A stretch of DNA of 63,888 nucleotides, filler included, from Syncephalis fuscata S228 (GCA_025786725.1; 3 parts of 3 records of this genome joined end to end with filler, not necessarily neighbours in it); one strand, 5' to 3'; positions 48,991 through 63,185 are shown, numbered from the whole stretch's first letter. The notes: generated by a model not told the origin, from the letters alone. A program made the numbers and translations.

Positions 48991-51900
48991 TCTACTCGTC
49001 TTATTGCGTAGTGCTTTGTTTTCTAATAAACGTGCGCAGTTTGTTACAGTGGTTCACTTGTTAGTAGCTTTATTTGTTGTAAGATCTGCCGCTTGTCGTT
49101 CATCTCTACTTTCATTCAGTCTATTCAGCATGGCCTTCTTCTATGCTGTTGAATATTCGTAAATAGCAAGCTACATTTGTTGCAGCGGCTACATAGTCTT
49201 TTGTCGTATATAAACACGCTTGTTAATTGAGATAAGTTTTTTATTACGCCGTCAGCTATTGCTATACGCCGCTACAAATTATTAAACTGTATTGTATATT
49301 GTATATTCTGGTAAATCCGTGTTTTGTTTGTTTTGAAGTTACAAGGATTATTCAATCGACAGCTTTTGCTGGTGGTTAATTCAGACTGTCAGCTTATTTA
49401 TGGCGTAATATGCCAATAACGGCTAGATCAGCGACCACTTCTATACAATACGCAGCACTGCTCAATTAAATTCGTATACAAGCACTGAAAATTGGATTTA
49501 TGACTGGAGGATGTTGAATTTGATTCAGCGCTATTAAGTACAGCGGACCGGTGTAACAGCTTTGCTTTAGCAATGTCGGTTGATATTAGTTCAAATATGC
49601 GGTGACAGCATTATTGAAAAGCTGTATTGCTTCTGAAAAAAATGAAGCCATATATTAATGGATATACACTAGACAACCAATCTATTGTGTAAAGCTTTGT
49701 TCCAAGTAGATGTCATTGCATCCACTGATACAGAAATATGTGTATTTGTTAATGTAATGATATAGAATAGACAATTAATCAGAATTAAAGTACATTGAAT
49801 ACTAGATATTCCGTATACATCCATTGACGACTGATGCTATTAAGATCGAGGATACACGTGAGAAATGCTAACTACCTTGTAGCTACTATTTATTTTGTTT
49901 CCGTTCATCTTATACTAATACACAGAGTGGTAATTATTTAGAACCATTGTCAGTATTTATGACATTGATGCGTAAGGGTATCATTTCATTTCAGCATTGA
50001 TTAACGTAACATGCACACAGCGTATTACGTTGTATCCAGTAGCTGATCAATTATGTTGCTGTTCTACTTAATGTAATTGATCATGTAATTGTCGACGATA
50101 TATCTGATGGATTTGCACTGCTTATTGGCAATCTACAACTGGGAATCGGTGGTATTGGTGAGCTGTTGTTGATTCATAATTAAACAGAACAAAGTAATAT
50201 GTTCCGTTGAATTAAGCATATTCAAAAGAAGATAACAAGATTAATATAGCTTCTTAATATTAAAGCCAATGTGATGGTGAATTAATTAAATGATGCAATA
50301 AATAAGTTGACAGTGAAATTAGACCATACCTTGGCAATAATCAAGACACGTATGAGTATATTTAGCATATGGTATGATAGTGATACTTTGACATAGATTA
50401 TTTGATTAATGTATTACAGACTATAGAGCATTACGAAAAGACTATTGTGCATGTGCACAGCAAATATTTTGGTACAGATTAATATTGAGCTAATACAGCT
50501 ATTTAAAGTTTCCAACGATGTTATGACGAAGTTAATAGTTTTGACACTGGAATAGTGCCAATGAACGTTATTACAGAGCGCTATATAATGAATATGTATT
50601 AATTATAATATATAAACAGCTACATTACCAGTATGGATAATTGTATAATATGTATAAACATTAATAACCAATTAAGCAGGTGTCAATGGCCGGTAGTGAA
50701 TATGAAAACATTTAATTACTGTTGTCATCAACGTATAGACAGTTATATTAGTTAGCTGACAATGACAACATTGTAATATTGCTCATGATTACTATAAAAT
50801 TAACATTATTCTATTGACAAAATCATATTGTTAATATCTATTTAAAATAGTAGAAATTAATAGCAAGTGCTATTGGCATATAGCTAACCAAACGCTATTA
50901 ATCCATGTTGTTTACCAACTAGCCGGCTGAATACTATCTACTAATACCCGCTAATTAGCTATATTAACTAATTAAAAATAACCAGTATGATATTGTATCA
51001 ATGCTTTGTTAAGCAAATATGCTAGTAATTGCGCGTCAACATTAATAAATTATGGATATTTGATTATTTCGATAGCCAGCATTATATTAACTGACCATAT
51101 AGTAATCAAATAAGACACAGTATCGATAACAGCCGGCTATAGGTTAATAGACATATAACATGGGTATCAGTTAATTATATGGTTACATTAGTACTATCTG
51201 CTATTGTGTATTACTGGTTGCTGGTCGACAGTTAGTGTTGAATATACTGCGTGCATCATTGGCATGATATAGCTACTGATACTAACAGTTAGCAATTGCT
51301 ATTATACAACTTAATACCATCATAAACTAATGCTATATATTGCAGTGCAACAACTAGGAATTGGCAAAAAGTCGCTATTTGTATTGCCAACGGTAATGGT
51401 GAGCTGTGTTTAATAAAATGCCACAATTGAAATTATTGTTCAAGATTACCAATCGTCAATATAAACATGTATACTAATACTGGCTATTGAGAATTGTTAT
51501 ACCAGTTTTTACTGGTTAATTGGTGACACAGGTAGTAAAGCTAGTATTGGTACTTGCCAATTTGAAACATATCTACAAATAACATGAACAGTTAACGTCT
51601 GCTTGTTTAGTAAGTGGCAGCATAATATGCACTGTTACTAGCTGATGACTATGCATAAAATTTGATTTTGTATACCAGCAACAGTATGGTGTGCGCACCA
51701 ATGGACAATAATATACCAATGACTGTTATTGTTATACACTCCATTACATAATTGTATACGGTATGTAGCCAAAATCATCATTGCCTGTATAACACATTTA
51801 TAGCCATTAACATTGTCAATACTATTACTGATGACTGATAGCATCTGTATAGCTGCCAGCGGCAATGCCACATAACATGATCTACCAACAATGCAGGCTA

Positions 51901-53129
51901 CACTTAATACACGTCACCACCAATGCTAATAAAACAACCAATATACATGATTATCATACCGTTCATAACACGTGTGGCCAACGGTGTACCATTGCGTGCT
52001 ATTGTGCTATGATACACATACTGTAGCTATATGCAATACCAATCATTAATATATTTATTAATTATATTATGTCACCGACTTTATTAGTTGGTCAACATAA
52101 TTAACAAATCGACAACAATTATTAACGGCCAGTTATGGCTGCATAAATGAATACTGTCAAGTTACAATTGATTGGCTATTAAGCAATCGATACATTTTTT
52201 AATTAGTATTTGTGTGGGCTTTTATTGTTAAAATAACAAAAAAAGGACTATTATAGCCTTTATTAATTAATTTTATCAAATTTCGATTATATCAATAATA
52301 CAGCTAGAAATACGTAATAGCATCTACTATAACCGCATGGCCTTGACGCATTGGCGCATATAAATGACTTATGTTGGAAGAATCGTGAAAAGGCACTCAA
52401 ATAGAAATGGCAACATTATTATTAAAATATCAATAATATTTAATATATATTGGCCTTCGGCACGTATTTTGATTACAATCAACCTTAATGACGCTACTAT
52501 TTATTTTGTAATTATAGCAATAAAACTAATTACTGGTGTTGCATGCGTACTAACATACGTTTCAACAGCTGTATGCTGATTTATGTTGCTTAAATATACT
52601 GCTTATTAATACAGCAGCTAATACGTGCATCTTGCTGGCGTGTATTGACATTGATCGCCTTTGATGTCAGTTAAATATTATCACCAACATTGCAACTATA
52701 ACGAGCGGTGATTGCCGTATTTATACTTACTAATAGACATTGCCATTGCTGTTGCTTTCTTGTATCGTTGAATGTGTATGTATATGGATATCAACTATTT
52801 GACATGATGTTTATACCGTGATGCTGATTCCCATTGTAATTCCATGCCTAACCTGATTATAATTATTAGCAAATACAGCTATTTTTTACAAACGTTTTAA
52901 CATTTAGCATACCTTAAGTACGTTACAAAATTAACATTAGTATAATATCTAGTAGCTTTGTTATGCCATTCAATTATTTGAACTGTACTATACTGCTAGC
53001 ATACTAAAATTAGCTACATTTTATATAGTTACACCTACACTAGTTATTTTAATAATAACAATAATAATTTGTTTGATTGTTTTAATTGTGTTAAGGCTAG
53101 TATAATAATATTAAATAGTTTATTAGCAA

Positions 53130-53420
53130 TATAGTGTGATGTGAAAGTTAAATGCTTAAAGCTATTGATATTTGGACAATTGAACTACGTGTTTATTTAT
53201 TGAGCATGGAACTGTGGGGTGGATGGCATCAGTCATTAAAATACTCATCATCATAGATTTAGTAGCTAGTATGCATATGCCTTTCTATCCACCCATATCA
53301 TTGCTATTCTGTATTTATTAAGTCATATATTGCTTGATCATATAATGAGCACAACCTATTTACAGCAGGTATTTTATTGTCACTAGCTTTATTTGCTATA
53401 GTTTCAATTCATCGTACTTA
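53130..53420 (+). repeat. Degenerate arm of the long-TIR repeat family
   Basis: CAATTGAACTAC...TATTGAGCATGG...AATACTCATCATCATAGATTTA...AGTATGCATAT. Confidence 0.55.
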
Positions 53421-55064
53421 ATCGTCTATGTATATCTTCACTATTATTTTAGCAATTCATTCCGTTCTAAACTGTTCTATACTCTACTCATTATGTCTTA
53501 TTGATAAAACTCGTTTATCTGTTACTAGTCGTATTATCTGTAGATTTTGACATAATTGCTTGTGCAATACGCATACTATACCTTTATTACTGGTATTTTA
53601 CACTTTATTTGACCATTCATTTGGATGTATATTATTCCATAGTATAACACGGTAAGAAAAGACGGCTTGTGATCTTTTTAAAGGTTAGTATTATTTGAAA
53701 ACAAAACACAGTGCATGAATTCAAACAGCAACACTAACACTAAATACCTAAATATCTATGTAAGAATAACAGTTGATTAAATAGTAAGCAGTTTGAAGTA
53801 AAAATAAGCAAATATTTATTACATAGCAGTGCCAGTTGTCTTACCATAGTAAACAGCCGATTATAAGAGCGTACATGGCTATTTGTGCTATACCGTCTTT
53901 GTCCGCACAATAACACATAGTTCAATAAAACATAACAATGCTTACCTGTAACTTCAAAGAAACGGTAAATGCTTCAGATGTAGACTGATAGAACATAGCT
54001 AGAAACTGACAAACAGCAAACCGTCACAAACATTGACACCAGTTACAGTACCGGCTCAGGACAATTAGTGCAATAATTAGAATGTAAATAAAGCACCATA
54101 CAAGCACCGCTAGCTACATACTAAGCAGTATGCTATGGAAGACGCTGGCAATTAAACGACAGCATATACACCAATGTCCGTTCATAGATTACAGAGCCTG
54201 TAGCCGTTAGTGATAATGATCAAATAGCAACATTTGCTTAAATATACTACAGTCCACAAAGTTAACGTGTTAGATCTTGCATTAGTTGTTGCATTTGAAA
54301 ACGCCAATGTTTAGAAAGAAATAGTGTTGAGCGAGAATGTTCAGGTAGTGGAATCAAACAAAGAAGGTACTTGGTAGAGAAGTAACAGCGCATATAGCCA
54401 TCACAGTCCTCGTATTGATAGCTGTGCACATACAGTAATAGCAACAGTAGCAACTCGCGCTGTTGTACTGGCGCTGAAGACTTACTTAGCGACTATACTA
54501 GCAGTTTGATCTACTAATATTGGTGGTGTATGCATACAGCAGCTGTACCTGAAGACTGTGCTGGCTATATGCCGCCAGAATCACTGTATACGCTGTTTTT
54601 TCTAGAGAATGCCACCACAGATCGTACTGACAGCAGCTTGTACCGGCTCGACAGTAGTAGATCACACTGCCACTGTTGAAATAGTAAAGCTGTTGCCAGA
54701 TGACTTGTAGTGGCAATCTATAGCAAAACATAGCATATGCTTAACACAACATAAAAACAAGCCAGAAATGTGCTTTACTGTGCTAATAAAGGTGCTAACG
54801 TTAATGACCAAAGTGAAAAAGCTGTTTTGCAAAAAAGAGTCAGATTACAAAAGAGCAATGCAAGAGAGTAATGTAAATAGTGTTTGTACTTGACTATTAG
54901 TCAGGCAACTACTAACACTATCTAGTTAGCATATATGGAGTGTACAAGTATATGCAATGGGTATATGCTATCAAGTGTAAAGAAAGAGAAAGGAAAATGT
55001 GATGACGTAGATTGTGAGCTGTGAGCCTGTCAGTCAATATTTATAAACAGCCGAGTTTAATTCA

Positions 55065-55345
55065 TTAATAAATGGAGTGTAAATAATAAAAGTCAATCTA
55101 CCCAACATGTTGGTACATCATAGAACAGATTAATAGCAAAGAAATAAAGGCATTGAGAATAAAAGTCATTTTACCACCAAAACTACTCATTATTATAGAA
55201 CATATATTCAGTATATTAAAAGATCAATTAAAAGAATAAAAATCATTTACACCCAAAAAACACTCATCATCATAGAACATGTTGTCAGTATAACAGCGAA
55301 TGTATTAAAAGAATAAAGTCATTTGACACCAAAAGCATTAAAACA
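55065..55345 (-). repeat. Degenerate tandem array (about 75-bp period, 3-4 units) of a TIR-family module
   Basis: Repeated AATAAAAGTCATTT.ACCACCAAAA..ACTCATCATCATAGAACA. Confidence 0.55.
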
Positions 55346-55516
55346 TATCAATTTTATTGCATTATAAAAATGAAACGATGATTTATATACTAAATAAAAT
55401 ATTTACAATATTTATTGGTAACATACAGGTAATGAATAGATGATGTAAAGCAACTAAGTATATTAGATAGTTAGCATTATGATTTGCTTGACTGTTAATG
55501 AGTTCTTACCTTTTAA

Positions 55517-57923
55517 CTAATATGCACCTTTATTGAGGCGGCATTTTCGGAGGGGAATCGACCGTTTGGCAGCACCTTGTGATTTGTATTTTGAGTAGCA
55601 TCGGCGTTTTAGGCGGCGTCGCTGTAAAAGCTTAGGCGCTAGCCGCTGCTTCTTTGTTGTTGGCCCAGATGCTGCTTGTGTTGTTGTTGTTGTTATTGGT
55701 GGTGATGGTGATGGTGCCGTTGCTGTTGCTGTTGCTGGTGGTATTGTTGCTACTATTGGTGCAACTACTATAGGTGTAGCAGTTGCTGATGTTGTTGCTA
55801 CTGGCTCTTCTGCGGCTTCTGGTGTCAAGTCTTCACCAGTAAGCCAAGGGCAGGCCAGTGCCTGCTCGGCCGTAGGCCGCTTGTCGCTGTTGATATTTAG
55901 CAACTGCTGCATCAGGTCAACGGCTGCGAAATATTAGTTACTGTTAATAAAGACATAGTAAGCTTACCTTTTTTACTTGGCCCATTTGTTTGTTCCTGGC
56001 CAAACGGGACCGAAGCTTGCAGTATATTTTTTATATACTGTTCCACATCACCACCGTCGCCGTAAGGACACGTTTCTAAATGGCAGTATGTAATAGTTAG
56101 TATAGTATTTTGCTTTTATTTGTACTTACTGAAGAACATCTTGTAGAGCACCGCGCCCAGGCTCCACATGTCCGCGGCCTTCCCACAGCCACTAACATCC
56201 AGCAGTGCTGGTGTTAATTGGCTTTTAAGACGCGAGTCTTCGTTGATGATATCAAGCAAAGACTCGCGCTTGTTTGTCCCAAACAGCACCTCTGGTGCCA
56301 TATAGGGAGTGGTGCCGCCAAACGTGTCGACAGTTGTCGACGAGCGCAGGATGTGCGCAATCCCAAAGTCTGCATAAAGAACATTGGGACCTTCGCAACC
56401 ACCTAGCAGCAATATATTGCTAGGCTATTCAAATGTTAATAATGGTCATGTATATCAAATAATTACTTACTTTTATGTCTAAATAGTAATAGTAATAACA
56501 GTAATAATAGTAGTTAGTAATTGTGCTAATAAATAGATCAGTGTACTTACCACGATGGATTACATCTTTGCTGTGAAGGAACTAATAAAGTGTTAGTGTT
56601 TTAATTGATATTTTGTAATAATACTTACTTGAATCCCTTCAAGCAACTGTTTGAAGATATGTTTTATTTCCATCTCTGGAAGTGAAGCATGATGCTTCAG
56701 GTAGTGACTTAGGTCACCGCCCGCCACGTATTGAAGAATTAAATACGTGTTGACGGGAGTGGCCTTGGCATCCAGCAGCTTTATGATTCGAGAGTGGCTG
56801 CCCACCCACTCCAAAGCTTTAACTTCATTGTTGAAGCTGCTGGTGTCTTCATCAGCCGGTGAGATCTTGATTGCAACGCGCTCACGCGTCGCTCGGTCTC
56901 TTCCCAGGTACACTGTACCATACCCGCCCCTGTTACAAATAATATATTAGTTATCTAACTATTTGTTTAATTTAAGTACTTACTTGCCAAGGATTTCTTC
57001 CATGATCAAGTATTTCATGTCGATTCTCTACAGCATAATATAAGTTATATGCTAATGATATTTAAATATATTATAAACTTACTTGTTTTAATACTGAGTT
57101 GTCATTTAGTTGGGCAGGGGGAGTGCGTTTAACAACACGTATATTGAACACAGCTGTTTTACATGGTTAATAATGATTATAATAAAAATAGTTACTACTT
57201 ACTCGTACAGCCAGGTATTGTAATGACACAATTACCAATGGCTGTTGTTGCTTAGTCCATACGAACTTCAGCGTCGTTTACTAAACCAAATGTTAGCAAT
57301 TTAATTAACATTACTATTCAAACTAACCCATTACTATTGGTAAACCGCAGTTCTGAATATTTGATTAGTAATAAAGCTGTTAAATAACCATTTACTTACT
57401 GCAATTGTAATGGTATCATTGTGCTGTGCCTATTAATAATTAATATTGGTTTGCTAAAATATATGGTGTACTTACTACTGATACTTGAAAACAAAACTGA
57501 GGCTGGAATTCAGCATCTAGTTGATAGTCGCTATTTGAAGTACAATATACTGTTAATTTACCGTTATGTACATTTTTTAAATAGTTACCAGCAGATACCA
57601 GGTCCAGCGTAGAATTGTTTATCGGCGGCCAAAACAAATTCTAAAAATCCAGTACTTAGCTATATAGATACTCAGTACTAGCATAACATACCTTTGGATG
57701 TCAAGTCGCATACTTGAATCCATGCAACAGCGCTAGCGCGCTTTTCTGCAGACAAATCATTCCAGCAGTTTGGAACATTTGTATACATAAGGTCTTCATT
57801 TTGTAAAAGACCCGAAGAGTGTCCAGCAGAAGCTACTGCTACGACACGAGGAGTGGAAAGCGGCGTGTAAATACTAGCATTTGAAAGCGAAATAGAGGAT
57901 TGCTCAGTATTTGAAGAGTTCAT
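55517..57923 (-). CDS. Ser/Thr protein kinase, CAMK/Chk2-like, with a degenerate FHA-like N-terminal region (about 12 exons including an 8-nt microexon)
   Basis: EILGK|GGYGTVYLG, VAIK, ILQYVAGGDL, FLHSKDVIHR|DIK|PSNILL, ADFGIA, GGTTPYMAPE, ADMWSLG, RPTAEQALACPWL; T/P/A-rich then basic C-terminal tail. Confidence 0.88.
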
Positions 57924-60900
57924 GATGGTACAAACATCAAATACAAGTGGTATGAATGACTAGTTTTAACGTAAAAAAAGAGCACTGAAGTAAAGTGGTA
58001 GCAAAAGATAAAGCGAAAGATTCAATACGTTGTGTTATTCATAAATTTAAAGACACACAATATTATAATATCAGTCAGTATTGAGGGTAGTAAAGCAATA
58101 ATACTTTATTGTACAAATAGTCTAGCGCTGCATTTGCTGTAGTATGTTCTGCTTACTGATGCTATAGCTCAGTCCTAAGCTGTATAGCAAACTATTGCAC
58201 ACATCAGTATTTTATATAGTCACTTGGCTAAGCATGCATGTGCCACATCATACTGGTTTTCATGTTGGCCTTTGCAGTCGATATGGTTACGTGTTTATTC
58301 CTGTTTTTACTTCATAGCTTTAACGGACTTTGTAATGTAATATGAACAACGTGTATTTTATTTCTATTTAGTAGCATTGAAACTCAATCGGTGAATTATG
58401 TTATAGACCATATTTCTAAAGAAAAGTAGTCATTTTTATTTAACTAATACAGTAATAAATTGTGTGGATCGACTGATTTAATTGTGTGCGAATGGCAAGA
58501 ATACTTGGGGGAAAGCAAAAATACCCGCTAGACCCTGAAAATATTGATAGCATCGGAAAGAGCCGCTATTATAGTGGTACAACTGATTAAGAATGGTTGC
58601 ATTTGGCTATGTTTCAGTTGTATTGGCCAATTGATTCAACTAGCCAGTGTAGATATGCTGATTATGCGCGGAAATGACCGGCAAATGGAAGGCAAAAAGT
58701 GAGCAAATATGGAAATAAGGAAGGGATTATAATCCGATTTACTGATAAGATGGTATCTGACATTAGAAGGTTTCAGTCAGGTGCAATACGCCAATGAGCA
58801 ACTACCGCATACTATTTACCAATATTGTCCATTCTAATTGGTAGATATGTTTTGGGGCAATTTTATAAGGCTGTGTTGAGATTACTTTTGCTCATTATCT
58901 CGCCTTCTCCTGTTTCTAGTTGTTAATGTGCTGTAAACCGTTTGTTAATGGTTAGCATTAAATCTAGTAGTTACATCCAGTGGCGTGGGGTCCCCTTGTT
59001 GGTTGATCACGATATACTGTGTTCTTGCTTTTGAGCTGTGTTGAATGTGCAATACAGTATTTGCAGACTGCTGTATTATACTGGCTCAACAATTATATGG
59101 CTGCCCGTAATAGGCGGCTGTATACTAGTGTAGTGCGGAGATATGTGGGATGCTGGAGCGTGCAGTGATAGGACATAAGTCGGTATTGCTGCACGCTCTC
59201 TCATGGGGGACGCTAGGGCGCATAGTATTAACTTAATACTGCTCTATGCTCCCTCCTGTAAAGGCTAGAGCGCGCAGCAACAGTATTTAGCAAGTCAGTT
59301 ATTGCTGTGTGTTTCCCTCATATGGATGCGGCGACCTGTGATGGGTGGCCATATGTTAGTGCTCACCTGTTTGTAACGCGCGCTGGAGGTGTGTTGGTAT
59401 TGTTCAACTTGCTGAACACTGCCATCACACACTGGATTGATGAGATATGTGGTTCATCTGGGTGGATGTGTCCATATATCACCTACTGTTTACTTGCGGG
59501 TGTTGTTAAACAATTGTGATATAGCGTTAGTCTCAAATATCATCTAAAGTGCTTGCATTACACCGTAGGAGGATTGAACTGTCTGAGGCTGCCTTCATTG
59601 TGATTAAGCATAATATGATATTTCTGCGGCTGTTTACAACGTGGCAAAAGCTGCGTTATTTTGCAGCTTTAATAGCACATCAGCATTTGACATGTGTTGT
59701 TTAGTTGTAATACACTGCAACATCTATGTGTGTTTGGCTTTATACATTAGCTACAATTGGGTGAACCAGTAGTTTAGTGATGTTTATTGCTGCACTTGAA
59801 TTGCTAAATTGCATTATAACATTATTAAATAACATCGTCATCTTGACGGCAGCTGGTAGAAAGCTATGTGCTTCTGACGAATGTTACTTATGCCCGAGTT
59901 GTAGTACTATCAGTATTCCAGGTGGACATATAGTTTTTTTATCGGCTGTCATCTCGATTAACAACTTTCAACAACTTTTTTAGTTTAATTTTTATAATGT
60001 TTGTATAATACTTAGTAACAATAGCCAAACAACAAACAATCACATCACATGTGCATTATAGACTACATATGAAAAACGACCAACTAAATGTATAATATTT
60101 TATTACTACTAAACAACACTAACAAATCTTGTTATAGTCCTTCAAATATTGGTGCCAAATCGACAAGTTATCTGGATCGCATTTATCATCATTTTGCATG
60201 CAATTTACAATACCAATTATTGCTTTCGTCAGCACAAGTATTAACAGTAGTATTATGCATTGTTGTTGATGCTATCACTTGACATGGTTTTCCAGATGGA
60301 GGGAGTGAATATATACCCATTTGGTTTTTTATCCGGTCAAGTGTCAATTGATATTGTTATTGCATGCCTGTTAAGTTTGTTAGCTAATAAATGAAGTGGC
60401 AGTGACGGCTGAGAGAAAAGAGAGTTATATATTGAACTGAAAGGATTTAATAAAGTGTAGGAGTGTTTATTAAAGCGACATGATATTATGGTAATGATTT
60501 TATTACTGTTGTTTATTTAGTTTTATGTTTAATGTTTGTTTTAAGATTAAAGTAGCATTATTTGTTTAATTAAAAAAATATTATGCTTAAATAACTGCAT
60601 ACTATCAAAAATCGTTTGTTTATTACTAACTGTATTTGCTACAGAGGCTGATTTATATCGCTCACTACACTCTTTCAATTGCGTATACGTACCTTTACCA
60701 TTATGACATACTGCTATTACCAGATATAGCAATAAAACATATATTTCTTCCTACGGTTCTGTTTCTTGAATAAAATGTTCTACTTGTATTTCTGTCGTTA
60801 TTCTCTACTTACATAGCAAATAAATAATGAAGCATTTTTTAATCCTACTTAGGCACATAAGTTTGTTTTATCATTGTTATGTTATTTTATCAGAACACTA

Positions 60901-61219
60901 TAATTAATTCAATCAATTTTACTTCAGATCAGAAATAACTGCGTAAAAGTTACAGGTATTTGGACAGCCAAGTAAAACATGTCCTATTACGACATTTGTC
61001 GTAATTATTATAGTATAAGTTTAGTTTGAATGCCCTGAATGATGCTCTTCCATCTTATTCCTTTCTTCCGCTTCTACACCTGCCTTCCAACATTGTAGCT
61101 CCGACTTTCCAACCGCTTAACAAGCGCGTTGACTCTTGTGGTTTATTAATATATCACAAGATAAGCTTGCCACGTGTGTTTATATTATATGTATAACCTT
61201 TTCAGTGTATTACTATAGG

Positions 61220-61790
61220 TATACTGGTGCCGCCTGGTGCCGATATACCTGTGACTGTCTGGAGCCGTCCCTGGAGCCGTCTCAAGTCGCGTCAAGTCTC
61301 CCGGAGCCGCGTGGAGCCGCCCGAATTCTTTTGGATTCATCCCGGAGCCCTGGAGTTACTTGGAGCATTTAATAGCTTTAACTCAAGGAGATTTTTTAGT
61401 GAACGCTTATTTTTATGAGTTTTTCGCTAGACTTTCTCCTATGAGTTGTTGCCAGCGCCGTACCGGCTTCGACTCAAAAGGTTTTCCTACTGAAAGTCCA
61501 TTTTCATGAACATATTTTCTTAGGTTTTTATCCATGAGCTGTTGTCGATACGGTTTCTGGCTTTGATTCAAAGGATTTACCTAATGGGTACTCATTTTAT
61601 GAGTTATTTCATTAGACTTCCTTTTAAGAATTGTTGCCAGCGCTGCTCATGGCTTCGTCTCAAAGGTGTTTTTTACCAATGAGTCGCTGTTAGTGCCAAT
61701 CCTGACTTTGACTTGAAGAGCTTTTTAATAGAAATCTAGTTTTATAAGCAGCTTTCATTATAGTCCTTCTTATAAGTCGTTGCCGGTAAT
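61220..61790 (+). repeat. GC-rich (C/T)GGAGCCG short repeats followed by a degenerate tandem repeat of about 92 bp
   Basis: GGAGCC occurs five times in 61260-61350. GGCTT(C/T)GACTCAAAGG-like anchors at 61374, 61465, 61559, 61651 and 61704. Confidence 0.65.
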
Positions 61791-62394
61791 TCTGTGGTTG
61801 TCATTTGTTATAGCAAGATTTGATGTACAACAATAATCGAACCTAGTAATCTTTGAATTACAATCATTACAAAGTGAGCAAGCACTACTTGACGAAGATT
61901 TCTTACTGATCACCGATTGTTGGTTATCATTAAGTGAACAACATTTGACGACTTCGACTAATGGGACGAAATAAAGCGCACTAAGCAAGATTAGCAAATC
62001 GTTAGCAAAACAAGCGCTTTATTGGTCTATTAGAGTTTTTTATTTGGATTGTAGCATATATATTCCAATGGCCTATATTATGCTGTACTGATACGGACTA
62101 ATCTAGTAGATACTGCTACAAATTCTCATGTTGAATAAAGAATATCATTTTTATACTTAAATGGAATATTATTTATAAATATATACTATCGTTTATTGTA
62201 AACTTTTGATACTTTATTGAGTCCTTGATTCTTACCAATTAACTTTTTTTTGCAGCTATCAGCTTATCAAATAAATTATGCTCAATACAAATGCGTAACA
62301 CCAATCACTTTGACAGTAGTAGCAGCAATTCAGTTTTTGTTTTATTTATTACACTGTTATTATTACGCTAATATTAAACAGTCTATTAACAGTC

Positions 62395-63185
62395 TAATAT
62401 GGCTTTGGTGGTCAAATGGCTAAAACTAATAACATTTGCGCAATTTGAACTAAACGTTTATTTTATTAAATATTAAGCCGGGTGGTAAATGGCACCATTG
62501 AAATAATAACCATATACTTATCATTATTAACATTGCCCTGCACACACACATACTTTATAAATTGATATAAGTACCATTATATCTTTATATTATTATATAT
62601 TATTTCACGCTTATCAAATACATTTTACTTGCTATAGCTTTAAGTACATATATTTTAATGGGTTCAATAGGTTGCTATTTATTAATAATATGGCTATAAT
62701 TAAACGAACAACGGTTCTGAACAACCCGTAGCTTGCATAGAACAAAGCAATAAAAATGTATAAATATATACAATTTTATTAGGAATATAACCAAAATAAG
62801 AGGAAAACAGCTTTGGGCCAAACAAAGCTATGCAAATATAAAACGATATACAACATAGTGAGCATACAGTTGAAAAAGTGTGATAATTGGCGTTGAATTT
62901 ATTGTGTATATAATTCAATAAGTGAAATGTACAAAACTTATTAGAACAAATAAAAATTAAAAGGCTTCCAGCATTAATAAAATGATCTATGATAGTATGG
63001 GGTATATAATGGGGATAATTTATATGAATAAATGCTATATGCGTACTGGATAATGAATCTATGATAATAAGTATTTTACTGACTGCTGTCACTCACTACC
63101 CAGTGCCATGTTCAATAGTACAAATGTGTAGTTTAACTACGCAAATGATATCGAATGTAATCATTTAGCCTTTAAATTACACTAT
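62395..63185. mobile_element. Old degenerate copy of the long-TIR repeat family
   Basis: TTTGGTGGTCAAATGG...GCGCAATTTGAACT at 62404-62450; inverted arm TACTGGATAATGAATCTATGAT...CATGTTCAATAG at 63044-63118. Confidence 0.55.

Larger units (their letters stand above)
45008..51323. repeat. 6.3-kb palindrome: arms 45008-48000 and 48330-51323 around a 329-bp spacer
   Basis: ATGATGGTATTAAGTTG at 45008 mirrors CAACTTAATACCATCAT ending 51323. Mirrored ORFs are identical. The only difference I found is a 6-T versus 7-A homopolymer (about 46690 / 49640). Confidence 0.97.
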
